A DNA stretch of 64,000 nt from Bacteroidia bacterium (GTDB taxonomy: Bacteria; Bacteroidota; Bacteroidia; NS11-12g; UBA9320), in contig CBDCFW010000001.1 in assembly GCA_965216465.1 (NCBI GenBank), forward strand, positions 256,001 to 320,000. The letters are read 5' to 3'. Position numbers and translations under genes: made by a program. The notes under the pieces were generated by a model, which made no database searches, was not told where the DNA came from, and worked only from the letters and a program-made list of their open reading frames with translations. Within the stretch, counting starts at the first letter, position 1, and each line of letters begins with the position of its first letter. Shown in pieces: positions 56,138 to 64,000 of this stretch.

Positions 56138-58957
56138 TTAAGGTTTGGGCTCAGACTCTCTAAATTTTCTTAGGTTGTAGCTAAACGACAGCATCACGTA
56201 TCGGGTAAGCACATTGGTATTTGTTTCTTGATAATAACTATCGTAAAAATTTTGAGCCACATTGTTGTTCTGACCTAAAATATCGTACATGCTCAATTGA
56301 ATCTCCCCTCTTTCATTTTTGAACAGCTGCTTTCCTATACCAGCTGTCCATAATAGCACGGTGTTATCCAATTCGTCACTCAATCCGAAGAACTGCTGAT
56401 GTTGCAGTTGCGTTCTAATCGTTAGCCCATTTTTAAAAATCCAGTCGTACTTCACCTTGCTATTTTGAATCAAATATTGGGTGTTCAAATCGCTGCTTAA
56501 AGAGTTCATTGAAGTACTGTATCCTGATTCAGATGATATGGTAAAGTCAATATACTCACTGATATTGCTGCTTAAAACCAGTCCAAAACTGTAGTTTTGA
56601 TTAAATGTGTTTGACACTCTTCCATTAATTTTGGAAGGAATATTGCTAATTCCAGCAGACAAATTTAGATTCACATTACTTTTAATCTTCTTAAATGGAA
56701 AACCATAGGTTACAAATGCATTAGAAGAATACTGCCCATCAAGATTTTCAGGGTTGGTCAACTGGGTTCCAGCTGCCATTGGAACACCCAAGTATGAGGT
56801 ATCGTTTCGAGCAGTAAACGTATTTTGACCTATATAATTTTGAGCTATAGACCCATTAATCATAGCATAAAAAATGGTACTCTTCTTTGTATTAGCTCCA
56901 TTATATTTCGCCATTAACCAATGGCCGTATTGTTGATTTAGATCCGCATTCCCTGTAGACAATTGGAGCGGATTAGAATTATTCACTGTATTGGTAAGTT
57001 GTGATGCTTGAGGTGCAATCGTGTACGTTCTGTACATCGTAAAGAAGCTTGACTTATTCTCAAATCTCTTACGATAAATTGCAAATGGTAAAAAGGCATT
57101 AAATGTTTTATTTACCGAATCAGAAATTGGCAAAACCTGATCATTTGCCAATTGTGCAATTTGGTACTTTAAACGAACAACAAAACCACCTTCACGATTA
57201 AATTTTCTGAGACCAATTCCTCCCATTTGGGTTAGCCATGAATTATCATATTGTGAAGACAAAACACTATCCAACGTTGTATTAATCAGTCCAAAAGGAT
57301 TTTGGTACGTATTGGTATTTACTTTGCTTTGGGTATTTGTAATATCGTAAGAATAAAATGACCCCAACCCCTTTTCTCCTATCGGTTCAGAGTACATTAC
57401 ACTTCCAGTTAGGCCATTTGTTCTTTCGTCAAGTGCTGAATTCTGGTACAGTGAGTCAACATCTAGATTCGAAGCATTAAATGAGTTCAAATAAGCATTG
57501 CCATCGTTTCCATCTATATCGTGTTTTGCTTGCACAAAGAGTGATCGTCCTCTTTTCTCACCGTTCAGTCTAAACATTAAATTGTTTGATAGAGAATATG
57601 CATTTAAATCACTAGTAAGCGTCTGATTCAAGGCATTTATTACCGAACCTTCTTGATTAGTATTACTGATTAAATCACTAGAACCATTGTTCTGCTGGAT
57701 GGTAACCCTCGGTATATAAAACAGCGAAGCTCTTTCGTTGATTTTATATACAATTTTAGCATTTAGCTTATGGTTAATGTTGGTTGAAGAGCTTGAATCT
57801 AGCTCGTCGTACTCTTGGCCATTTGAATTTGGCAAATAGTATAGTTGATAGGTGTTTTGTTGTGTTTCATTATTTCCTTGATTGTAGAAATAACTGCTGC
57901 TCACTTCAATTTTCTTACCCCAATTGTCTTGATAGTTTAGTCCGCCAGCTACTGTTTGAGTAAGCCCTCCACTTTGAGAAACCTGAAAATCACGAGCGCT
58001 AGACCCAGCGGAGAACCCAGTTAAAAATGAAGGTCTTCCTCCTCCTGGACCTCTACTTCCTCGTCTTCTTCCTCTTCCTGAAGAATTATCTCCTACCACA
58101 CCCAAAAGATCTTCAGTAGAAAAATTTTGTTGATTAATGTTATTGACTTGTCCTAGAACCGATAGCCTTCTTTCCCCTCTAAAGACATTAATATTTGCTC
58201 CAGCACTATATCTATCATCGGTTCCTCCTCCAGCATAGACTCTTCCAAATTCTCCATTACGCATATTTATCTTGGTAACTACGTTTAACGTCTTAATCCG
58301 CGTACCATCATCAATTCCACTGGCCTTGCTTTGCTCGCTTTGATCGTCAAAGACTTGAATTTTATCAACCACCTCAGCAGGTAGTGTATTTAAAGCAGTT
58401 TTAGGATCCTGACCAAAGAATTGCTTTCCATCAACTAAAACCTGTTGCACCTTTTCTCCTTGGGCTCTAAGTTCTCCATTAACATCTTGAATTCCCGGCA
58501 TTTTTTCAACCAGATCCTTTGCACTTGCATTTTTATTGGTTTTATAAGCCTTCGAACTAAATGAAGTTGTATCGCCCGACACCGTTGCTTGCAATGCTTC
58601 TCTTTTTACTTCAACACCTTCAATATCTGCAGTTGAAGCTTTTAGCTCAATTGTACCTAAATATTCATCTCGCCAGAAGCGAAAGTTCTCAACATAAGGT
58701 TCATAGCCTAAATAGTTAATCTTTAAAGTATACTCTCCTCGTTTAAGATCGATACTAAACCTTCCTTTTTCGTCCGTAACCGCACCACCAGCAAGTGTGC
58801 TGTCAGGCGAAATGATAAAAACTGTCGCTCCAATTATTGGCTCTTTTGATTCAGCGTCTTTAAGTTTACCGCCCAAAGGATAGGTAGTTTGTGCTGTTGA
58901 CGAAAGGAATGACAATATTCCAATCACAGCCATAACTAGGGTTAAAAACCTTTTCAT
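56138..58957 (-). CDS. TonB-dependent-like outer-membrane beta-barrel with carboxypeptidase-regulatory-like N-domain; probable start ATG 58957
   Basis: Signal peptide; G.LKD...EPIIGATV..G.VTD..GRF; GDT, DL..KMPG, VDGK.FFG.DP; C-terminal RYVMLSFSYN. Confidence 0.85.
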   Translation of the reverse strand: MKRFLTLVMAVIGILSFLSSTAQTTYPLGGKLKDAESKEPIIGATVFIISPDSTLAGGAVTDEKGRFSIDLKRGEYTLKINYLGYEPYVENFRFWRDEYLGTIELKASTADIEGVEVKREALQATVSGDTTSFSSKAYKTNKNASAKDLVEKMPGIQDVNGELRAQGEKVQQVLVDGKQFFGQDPKTALNTLPAEVVDKIQVFDDQSEQSKASGIDDGTRIKTLNVVTKINMRNGEFGRVYAGGGTDDRYSAGANINVFRGERRLSVLGQVNNINQQNFSTEDLLGVVGDNSSGRGRRRGSRGPGGGRPSFLTGFSAGSSARDFQVSQSGGLTQTVAGGLNYQDNWGKKIEVSSSYFYNQGNNETQQNTYQLYYLPNSNGQEYDELDSSSSTNINHKLNAKIVYKINERASLFYIPRVTIQQNNGSSDLISNTNQEGSVINALNQTLTSDLNAYSLSNNLMFRLNGEKRGRSLFVQAKHDIDGNDGNAYLNSFNASNLDVDSLYQNSALDERTNGLTGSVMYSEPIGEKGLGSFYSYDITNTQSKVNTNTYQNPFGLINTTLDSVLSSQYDNSWLTQMGGIGLRKFNREGGFVVRLKYQIAQLANDQVLPISDSVNKTFNAFLPFAIYRKRFENKSSFFTMYRTYTIAPQASQLTNTVNNSNPLQLSTGNADLNQQYGHWLMAKYNGANTKKSTIFYAMINGSIAQNYIGQNTFTARNDTSYLGVPMAAGTQLTNPENLDGQYSSNAFVTYGFPFKKIKSNVNLNLSAGISNIPSKINGRVSNTFNQNYSFGLVLSSNISEYIDFTISSESGYSTSMNSLSSDLNTQYLIQNSKVKYDWIFKNGLTIRTQLQHQQFFGLSDELDNTVLLWTAGIGKQLFKNERGEIQLSMYDILGQNNNVAQNFYDSYYQETNTNVLTRYVMLSFSYNLRKFRESEPKP

Positions 58958-59018
58958 ATATTCTAAGACAATATTATTTGGATTTTGATTCCAAAGAATC
59001 AAAAATTAGCTGAAATAA

Positions 59019-60686
59019 TTATTTCAATCTATCCTTGATGTTCAAGTTGTGCTGTCTTGCCGTATCTAATGCAATATCATATCCTGCATCGGCATGACGA
59101 ATTACACCCATTGCTGGATCATTATGAAGAACTCGTTTCAATCTTCTTTCTGCATCTTCAGTACCATCTGCTACAATTACCATTCCGGCATGTATTGAGT
59201 ACCCGATACCAACTCCTCCACCATGGTGTAAACTAACCCAACTAGCACCACCAGCTGTATTGATTAAAGCATTAAGAATTGGCCAGTCAGCGACAGCATC
59301 GCTTCCATCTTTCATCGCTTCAGTCTCTCTGTTAGGAGAAGCTACCGAACCAGTATCCAAATGATCTCTTCCTATAACGATTGGTGCTTTCACTTTTCCT
59401 TCTGCAACCAATTTATTAAATAGTAATCCGGCTTTTTCTCTTTGGCCTTGACCTAACCAGCAAATTCTACAAGGCAAACCTTGAAACTCAATTTTTTCTT
59501 GTGCCATGGTTATCCAACGCCCTAAGCCTTCATCCTCTGGGAACAACTCAAGAATTGCCTTGTCTGTTTCATAAATATCTTGTGGATCTCCACTTAAAGC
59601 CGCCCATCTAAACGGGCCTCTTCCTTCGCAAAACTGAGGCCGAATAAATGCAGGTACAAAACCAGGAAAATCGAATGCATTCTCAACTCCATGTTCAAGT
59701 GCACGTCCTCTAAGGTTGTTTCCATAATCAAAAGTAATGGACCCTTTCGACTGAAAATCAATCATTAAGCGAACATGCTTAGCCATAGTATCATAAGCTA
59801 AGGCAATATATTTATCAGGATCTGAGTTTCTTAGTTCTTCTCCATTTACTGCATCAATTCCTTCAGGGAAATATCCAACAAGGGGATCGTGAGCTGAAGT
59901 TTGGTCAGTTAACAGCTCAGGAATAATATTCCGCTCCATCAGTCGCTCTAGTAATGTTACGGCATTTCCAAGCCATGCAATGGAAATTGCTTCACCATTC
60001 TTTTTAGCCTCAATAGCTCTGTCAATTGCAGCATCAAGATCCTTCTCCATTACATCGCAATAGCGTGTTTCTAATCTTTTTTCGATTCTCCACTCTTCAA
60101 CCTCAGCAGCTAAGCACACACCTTCGTTCATTGTAACGGCGAGCGGTTGTGCGCCACCCATACCTCCTAGACCAGCAGTAACAGATAGCGTTCCCTTTAA
60201 AGTACCACCAAAATGCTGTCTGGCCGCTTCTGCAAATGTTTCATACGTCCCTTGCACAATACCCTGAGAACCGATATAGATCCAACTTCCTGCGGTCATT
60301 TGACCATACATCATTAAGCCTTTCGCTTCAAGGTCTCTAAAATGATCCCAGTTTGCCCAATGCGGCACAAGCTGAGAATTGGAGATAATAACACGAGGAG
60401 CATCTTTGTGAGTAGGCAGAATTCCGATTGGCTTACCACTTTGAACAAGTAAAGTTTCATCCTCGTTAAGGTCTTTGAGTGCCTTTACAATTAAATCATA
60501 ACTCTCCCAATTTCTTGCAGCTTTACCTGTACCACCATAAACAACCAAATCTTCAGGCCTTTCGGCTACGTCTGGGTCTAAGTTATTCATGAGCATTCTT
60601 AGTGCTCCTTCTTGTACCCAGCCTTTAGTATTTAATTGGTCTCCATAAGGAGCTCTGATTATCCTTTTTTGAGAAGTTGTGTCCAT
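59019..60686 (-). CDS. hutU: Urocanate hydratase; probable start ATG 60686
   Basis: [56 protein letters not shown]. Confidence 0.97.
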   Translation of the reverse strand: MDTTSQKRIIRAPYGDQLNTKGWVQEGALRMLMNNLDPDVAERPEDLVVYGGTGKAARNWESYDLIVKALKDLNEDETLLVQSGKPIGILPTHKDAPRVIISNSQLVPHWANWDHFRDLEAKGLMMYGQMTAGSWIYIGSQGIVQGTYETFAEAARQHFGGTLKGTLSVTAGLGGMGGAQPLAVTMNEGVCLAAEVEEWRIEKRLETRYCDVMEKDLDAAIDRAIEAKKNGEAISIAWLGNAVTLLERLMERNIIPELLTDQTSAHDPLVGYFPEGIDAVNGEELRNSDPDKYIALAYDTMAKHVRLMIDFQSKGSITFDYGNNLRGRALEHGVENAFDFPGFVPAFIRPQFCEGRGPFRWAALSGDPQDIYETDKAILELFPEDEGLGRWITMAQEKIEFQGLPCRICWLGQGQREKAGLLFNKLVAEGKVKAPIVIGRDHLDTGSVASPNRETEAMKDGSDAVADWPILNALINTAGGASWVSLHHGGGVGIGYSIHAGMVIVADGTEDAERRLKRVLHNDPAMGVIRHADAGYDIALDTARQHNLNIKDRLK

Positions 60687-60692
60687 TGCCGG

Positions 60693-60700
60693 CAAATGTA
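60693..60700 (-). promoter_or_regulatory. -7 promoter box TACATTTG of hutU
   Basis: Perfect TAnnTTTG, 6 nt upstream of ATG 60686. Confidence 0.55.
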
Positions 60701-60838
60701 ATAACTACATTTTTGAAATGAATGGTATTTCTGCTTACAATATACATTTCTAGACAATCTTTTATCTGGTGATGTTAATGCAATTTTTCAAATTAAAATT
60801 TGTCGGTTATCTTCGTAAAAGTACTGCAGCTACACATC

Positions 60839-63800
60839 TTGAGACAATTTCTCACATATATTCTGCTTTTTAACTTATTAGCAGCGGTTGGCCAGTGTCC
60901 AAATATTACAATTTCATCTAGTCAAAACACCTATTGTCTATCTGATTTTGTTCAACTCAGTGCATCCAATGTACCCGCTGGAGCAACATTAGAATGGAAC
61001 GTTGGCAATGGATGGAATTCAGGCTCTAGCAATTATGCCGTTCAACCCGCAAATGCTGGTTCACTAAACGTCGATTTACGTGTAACGCTTAGTTCTGGCA
61101 CAATCTGCAACTATAACGCTTCGGCTCTTGCAACTGTAAACGACATACCCGCTGTCGATTTAAAACTTTCACGAACTTTGGTTTGTGAAGGATTAGACAC
61201 GCTTACGCTTACAGATCTTTCACCCACCTCAGTTAATAGAACATGGGTTATAGGAACTTCAAACTATACAGATGTGACAAAAACGCAAATTGTTTCACTA
61301 AAAGAGCTAGGGGTTCATGATGTCAAGTTGATTGTTCAAGATGCCAATGGTTGCCGAAACTCAAAAACCATAAACAACCATGTTAATGTGTATGAAGACA
61401 TTGATTTAGACTTTACAAAATCTAACATTGGAAGTTGTGCCCCTATTGTCACCAATCTGACTTCGTTTTACAACCTGGGCAATCAAAGTATATCATCAGT
61501 TCAGTGGAATTTACCGGGATCCAACAATATCAACCCAACTACTAATAATGTTAGTGGCGTTACCTACAATACTTTTGGGCGACATCGTGTAACCTTAACT
61601 ATCGAAACACAAAGTGGATGCACTTATGTTCATTCAAAAAACAATTATATTTCAATAGGCGAATCAGCAAATCTTGCCATAACTGCTTCTAAATCAGAAG
61701 TATGCCTAAGTGAGCCCGTTAGTTTAACGCAAACTAACCAACCTTTGCCCGGGAGCATTTTTTGGGACATAAACAGCCATTCGGTCGATCGAATAAGCAA
61801 ATACAAATCGACTTTTGTATTTAAAGATACGGGGTATTATGATGTGACACTGACCTACGATCATTTTAATTGCAAAACAATTCTTAATGTGAACGATGTT
61901 ATAAGAGTGGTTGGACTTAAAGCGAGTTTTGAGTCAAATAACAGTTTTCATTGTGAGGCACCTCATCTGGTAAACATCACAAACATTTCAGACACAACAA
62001 GTACTCCTATTTTAGGTTTCAAGTGGAACATCTTCGATGCCCTAACCGACACCTTGGTGGTTACTGACACCACTAAACATATCAATTTCAATATTCAGAA
62101 CGATAGTGCATTTTATGATGTTCAACTTATAGCAGATGCAGTTAATGGTTGTAGCGACACAACTACGTTGGAAGATTTTATGTACGTTGCTCCATATGAT
62201 TTTGATTATGGTGCTTCACCAGATATAGGTTGCGTTGGACAAGAGTTTCAAATTACAAACAATACAGAATCACCATCTTATTATGGGTTTGATTTTTACT
62301 CTTGGAAGTTTTTGGATAAGGATACGACTACAGTCCTTAAAACCACTTCAAGTCTATCTCCTAAAATAATCTATTTAGATACTGGCAAGTACCACATTGA
62401 AGTTACTGGGGCAAACCCTTTGGGCTGTCAAGATATAGATACAGCATTAAACATCATAGAAATTGTACTTCCTGTTTTAGATTTTAGCATTGGAGACAGT
62501 GTTATTTGCAAAGAAGATCTTGCCCTTTTTACTGGCAACAGCACACCCATAAACAGTAAATTCAAGCACAATTATCGATTGGTTCATAGGACTTCAGGGC
62601 AAAGCTTCAAAACAAGCGGCATTACGGCCAATTCTTCGGTTGGCCCGGTTGGTGTGTATGATGTGTACTACAATTATGTCATTTCTCCTTCTTGCAACGA
62701 CACCATACAAAAAGCTTTATACGTAAATGGCTTATCTGGCACCATCGAACTTGACAGCACCTCTGGTTGTCCGCAGATGATAACCAAGCCTCGATTTAAA
62801 AAAGATTACAACATTCATTTCGGAAGTCAGGATACGAGCTTACAGTACTTTTGGGATGTAACACCCAGTTCTGGAGCAATTGTGCTTGGTGCCACGACTA
62901 AAAATCCAGAGTTTAGATTTTTAGAATCGAAAAATTATAAAATTACACTATATGTTTCGAACAGTACTGGTTGCGGCTTTTATGTTGAGTCTGACGTAAT
63001 TAAAACCGGGGTACTTTCCGATTTCACGCTCAATCGAACACTTAGTTGTGTTGGTGATACTTTCGTTGCAATCAACATAACAGATAACAACCCTAGCCTA
63101 ATTAAATGGGAAGTCGAACCTGCAGCCAAAGCAACTGTCGACTCTATCAATCCTAACGAGATAAGAATCATACCTAATGACACAGGTTTTATCGACATCA
63201 AACTCATCACGGGAAAAAACAATTATTGCTTCGACACCTTAACAAGAACTATAGAAGTAAGTAACCTTGCTGCTGATTTTTCAATAAGCGATACGAATGT
63301 ATATTGTGCTCCGAGCACCGTGACATTTACTAACCTTTCACTAAACGCAGATACGCTTCATTGGTTTTTTGGTGATCAGAATCAACTCAAAACCACCAAT
63401 GACACGTCCGCAACCCATACATACTCACTTAACAGTGATTCTACAGGTTACGATGTCAGTCTTATTGCCATTAGTTCGTATGGATGCAGAGATACAATTA
63501 CAAAGAGAGGAGCAGTAAAAGTTAATGGCCCGATTGCAAACTTTGACGTTTCTGCTAAAATTGGTTGCGAGCCCTTTGTTGTTTCATTTACTAACTTGAG
63601 TAAGTTTTACGACAGCACAATTATATTTTATGGTTTCGGTTTTAAACCTGACACCAATGAGTTTAGTACGCATACATACTATAACACATCCGACAAACTG
63701 CTTCAAAACTACACTCCAATACTAACAGTTATAGATTCAACAGGTTGTCGTGCTACCTTTGTTGGACCGACAGTAAAACCCGCAAATGTCCCCGAATCTG

Positions 63801-64000
63801 CAATTTCTTTAGATCCAGACACGTCAATATGCCGGGGTGAGTCCATTTTCTGTTCGGACACTGGTCTATACGGTACTACTTGGAAATGGTATGTAGAAAA
63901 TAATTTGGTCGCAACGAGAAAGAGCGAAAACATTGAATTCAATCAATACGGTAGCAACGAATTAGTGCTCATCTCAGAAAACCAATATGGATGTAAGGAC
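60839..64000 (+). CDS. Large secreted multi-PKD/Ig-like repeat protein (partial, runs off right edge; not in ORF track)
   Basis: From TTG 60839: MRQFLTYILLFNLLAAVGQCPNITISS...; repeated FTNLS...W.FGD, G.YDV.L...GC.DT units; the frame at the start matches the frame at 64000 (over 1050 codons). Confidence 0.85.
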   Translation, partial: MRQFLTYILLFNLLAAVGQCPNITISSSQNTYCLSDFVQLSASNVPAGATLEWNVGNGWNSGSSNYAVQPANAGSLNVDLRVTLSSGTICNYNASALATVNDIPAVDLKLSRTLVCEGLDTLTLTDLSPTSVNRTWVIGTSNYTDVTKTQIVSLKELGVHDVKLIVQDANGCRNSKTINNHVNVYEDIDLDFTKSNIGSCAPIVTNLTSFYNLGNQSISSVQWNLPGSNNINPTTNNVSGVTYNTFGRHRVTLTIETQSGCTYVHSKNNYISIGESANLAITASKSEVCLSEPVSLTQTNQPLPGSIFWDINSHSVDRISKYKSTFVFKDTGYYDVTLTYDHFNCKTILNVNDVIRVVGLKASFESNNSFHCEAPHLVNITNISDTTSTPILGFKWNIFDALTDTLVVTDTTKHINFNIQNDSAFYDVQLIADAVNGCSDTTTLEDFMYVAPYDFDYGASPDIGCVGQEFQITNNTESPSYYGFDFYSWKFLDKDTTTVLKTTSSLSPKIIYLDTGKYHIEVTGANPLGCQDIDTALNIIEIVLPVLDFSIGDSVICKEDLALFTGNSTPINSKFKHNYRLVHRTSGQSFKTSGITANSSVGPVGVYDVYYNYVISPSCNDTIQKALYVNGLSGTIELDSTSGCPQMITKPRFKKDYNIHFGSQDTSLQYFWDVTPSSGAIVLGATTKNPEFRFLESKNYKITLYVSNSTGCGFYVESDVIKTGVLSDFTLNRTLSCVGDTFVAINITDNNPSLIKWEVEPAAKATVDSINPNEIRIIPNDTGFIDIKLITGKNNYCFDTLTRTIEVSNLAADFSISDTNVYCAPSTVTFTNLSLNADTLHWFFGDQNQLKTTNDTSATHTYSLNSDSTGYDVSLIAISSYGCRDTITKRGAVKVNGPIANFDVSAKIGCEPFVVSFTNLSKFYDSTIIFYGFGFKPDTNEFSTHTYYNTSDKLLQNYTPILTVIDSTGCRATFVGPTVKPANVPESAISLDPDTSICRGESIFCSDTGLYGTTWKWYVENNLVATRKSENIEFNQYGSNELVLISENQYGCKD

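Noticed and set aside
58030-58085. Gly/Arg-rich GRGRRRGSRGPGGGR segment in the outer-membrane protein as an RNA-binding RGG box
   Set aside because: A Gly-rich variable loop at this position is usual for this exported beta-barrel family

Overview
AT-rich Bacteroidota chromosomal segment (TAnnTTTG-type promoters, a T9SS-type secreted protein, UpxY). Positions 1-33.1 kb are one minus-strand Wzx/Wzy surface-polysaccharide locus headed by upxY. It carries a PAPS module (cysC/D/N, a sulfotransferase, cysQ), several amino-/uronic-sugar pathways, glf, seven glycosyltransferase-like genes, FkbM, a TupA-like ATP-grasp and a CapA-like protein, i.e. a probably sulfated, heavily decorated glycan. Positions 33-64 kb hold mostly housekeeping genes (POT transporter, DPP-IV, FAD oxidase, clpB, aminotransferase, heptose kinase, rpsP-rimM-trmD, hutU) and secreted/outer-membrane proteins. 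The most notable element is at 47.3-50.6 kb: an rtcB RNA-ligase operon (GNAT-like unknown gene, rtcB, TPR gene) behind a promoter, a long 5' hairpin and a 24-codon leader ORF whose last codons pair perfectly (12 bp) with an intrinsic terminator. This looks like a ribosome-sensing transcription attenuator controlling RNA repair. I saw no tRNA, rRNA, CRISPR array or mobile element. All family calls come from motif recognition by eye, not database searches.
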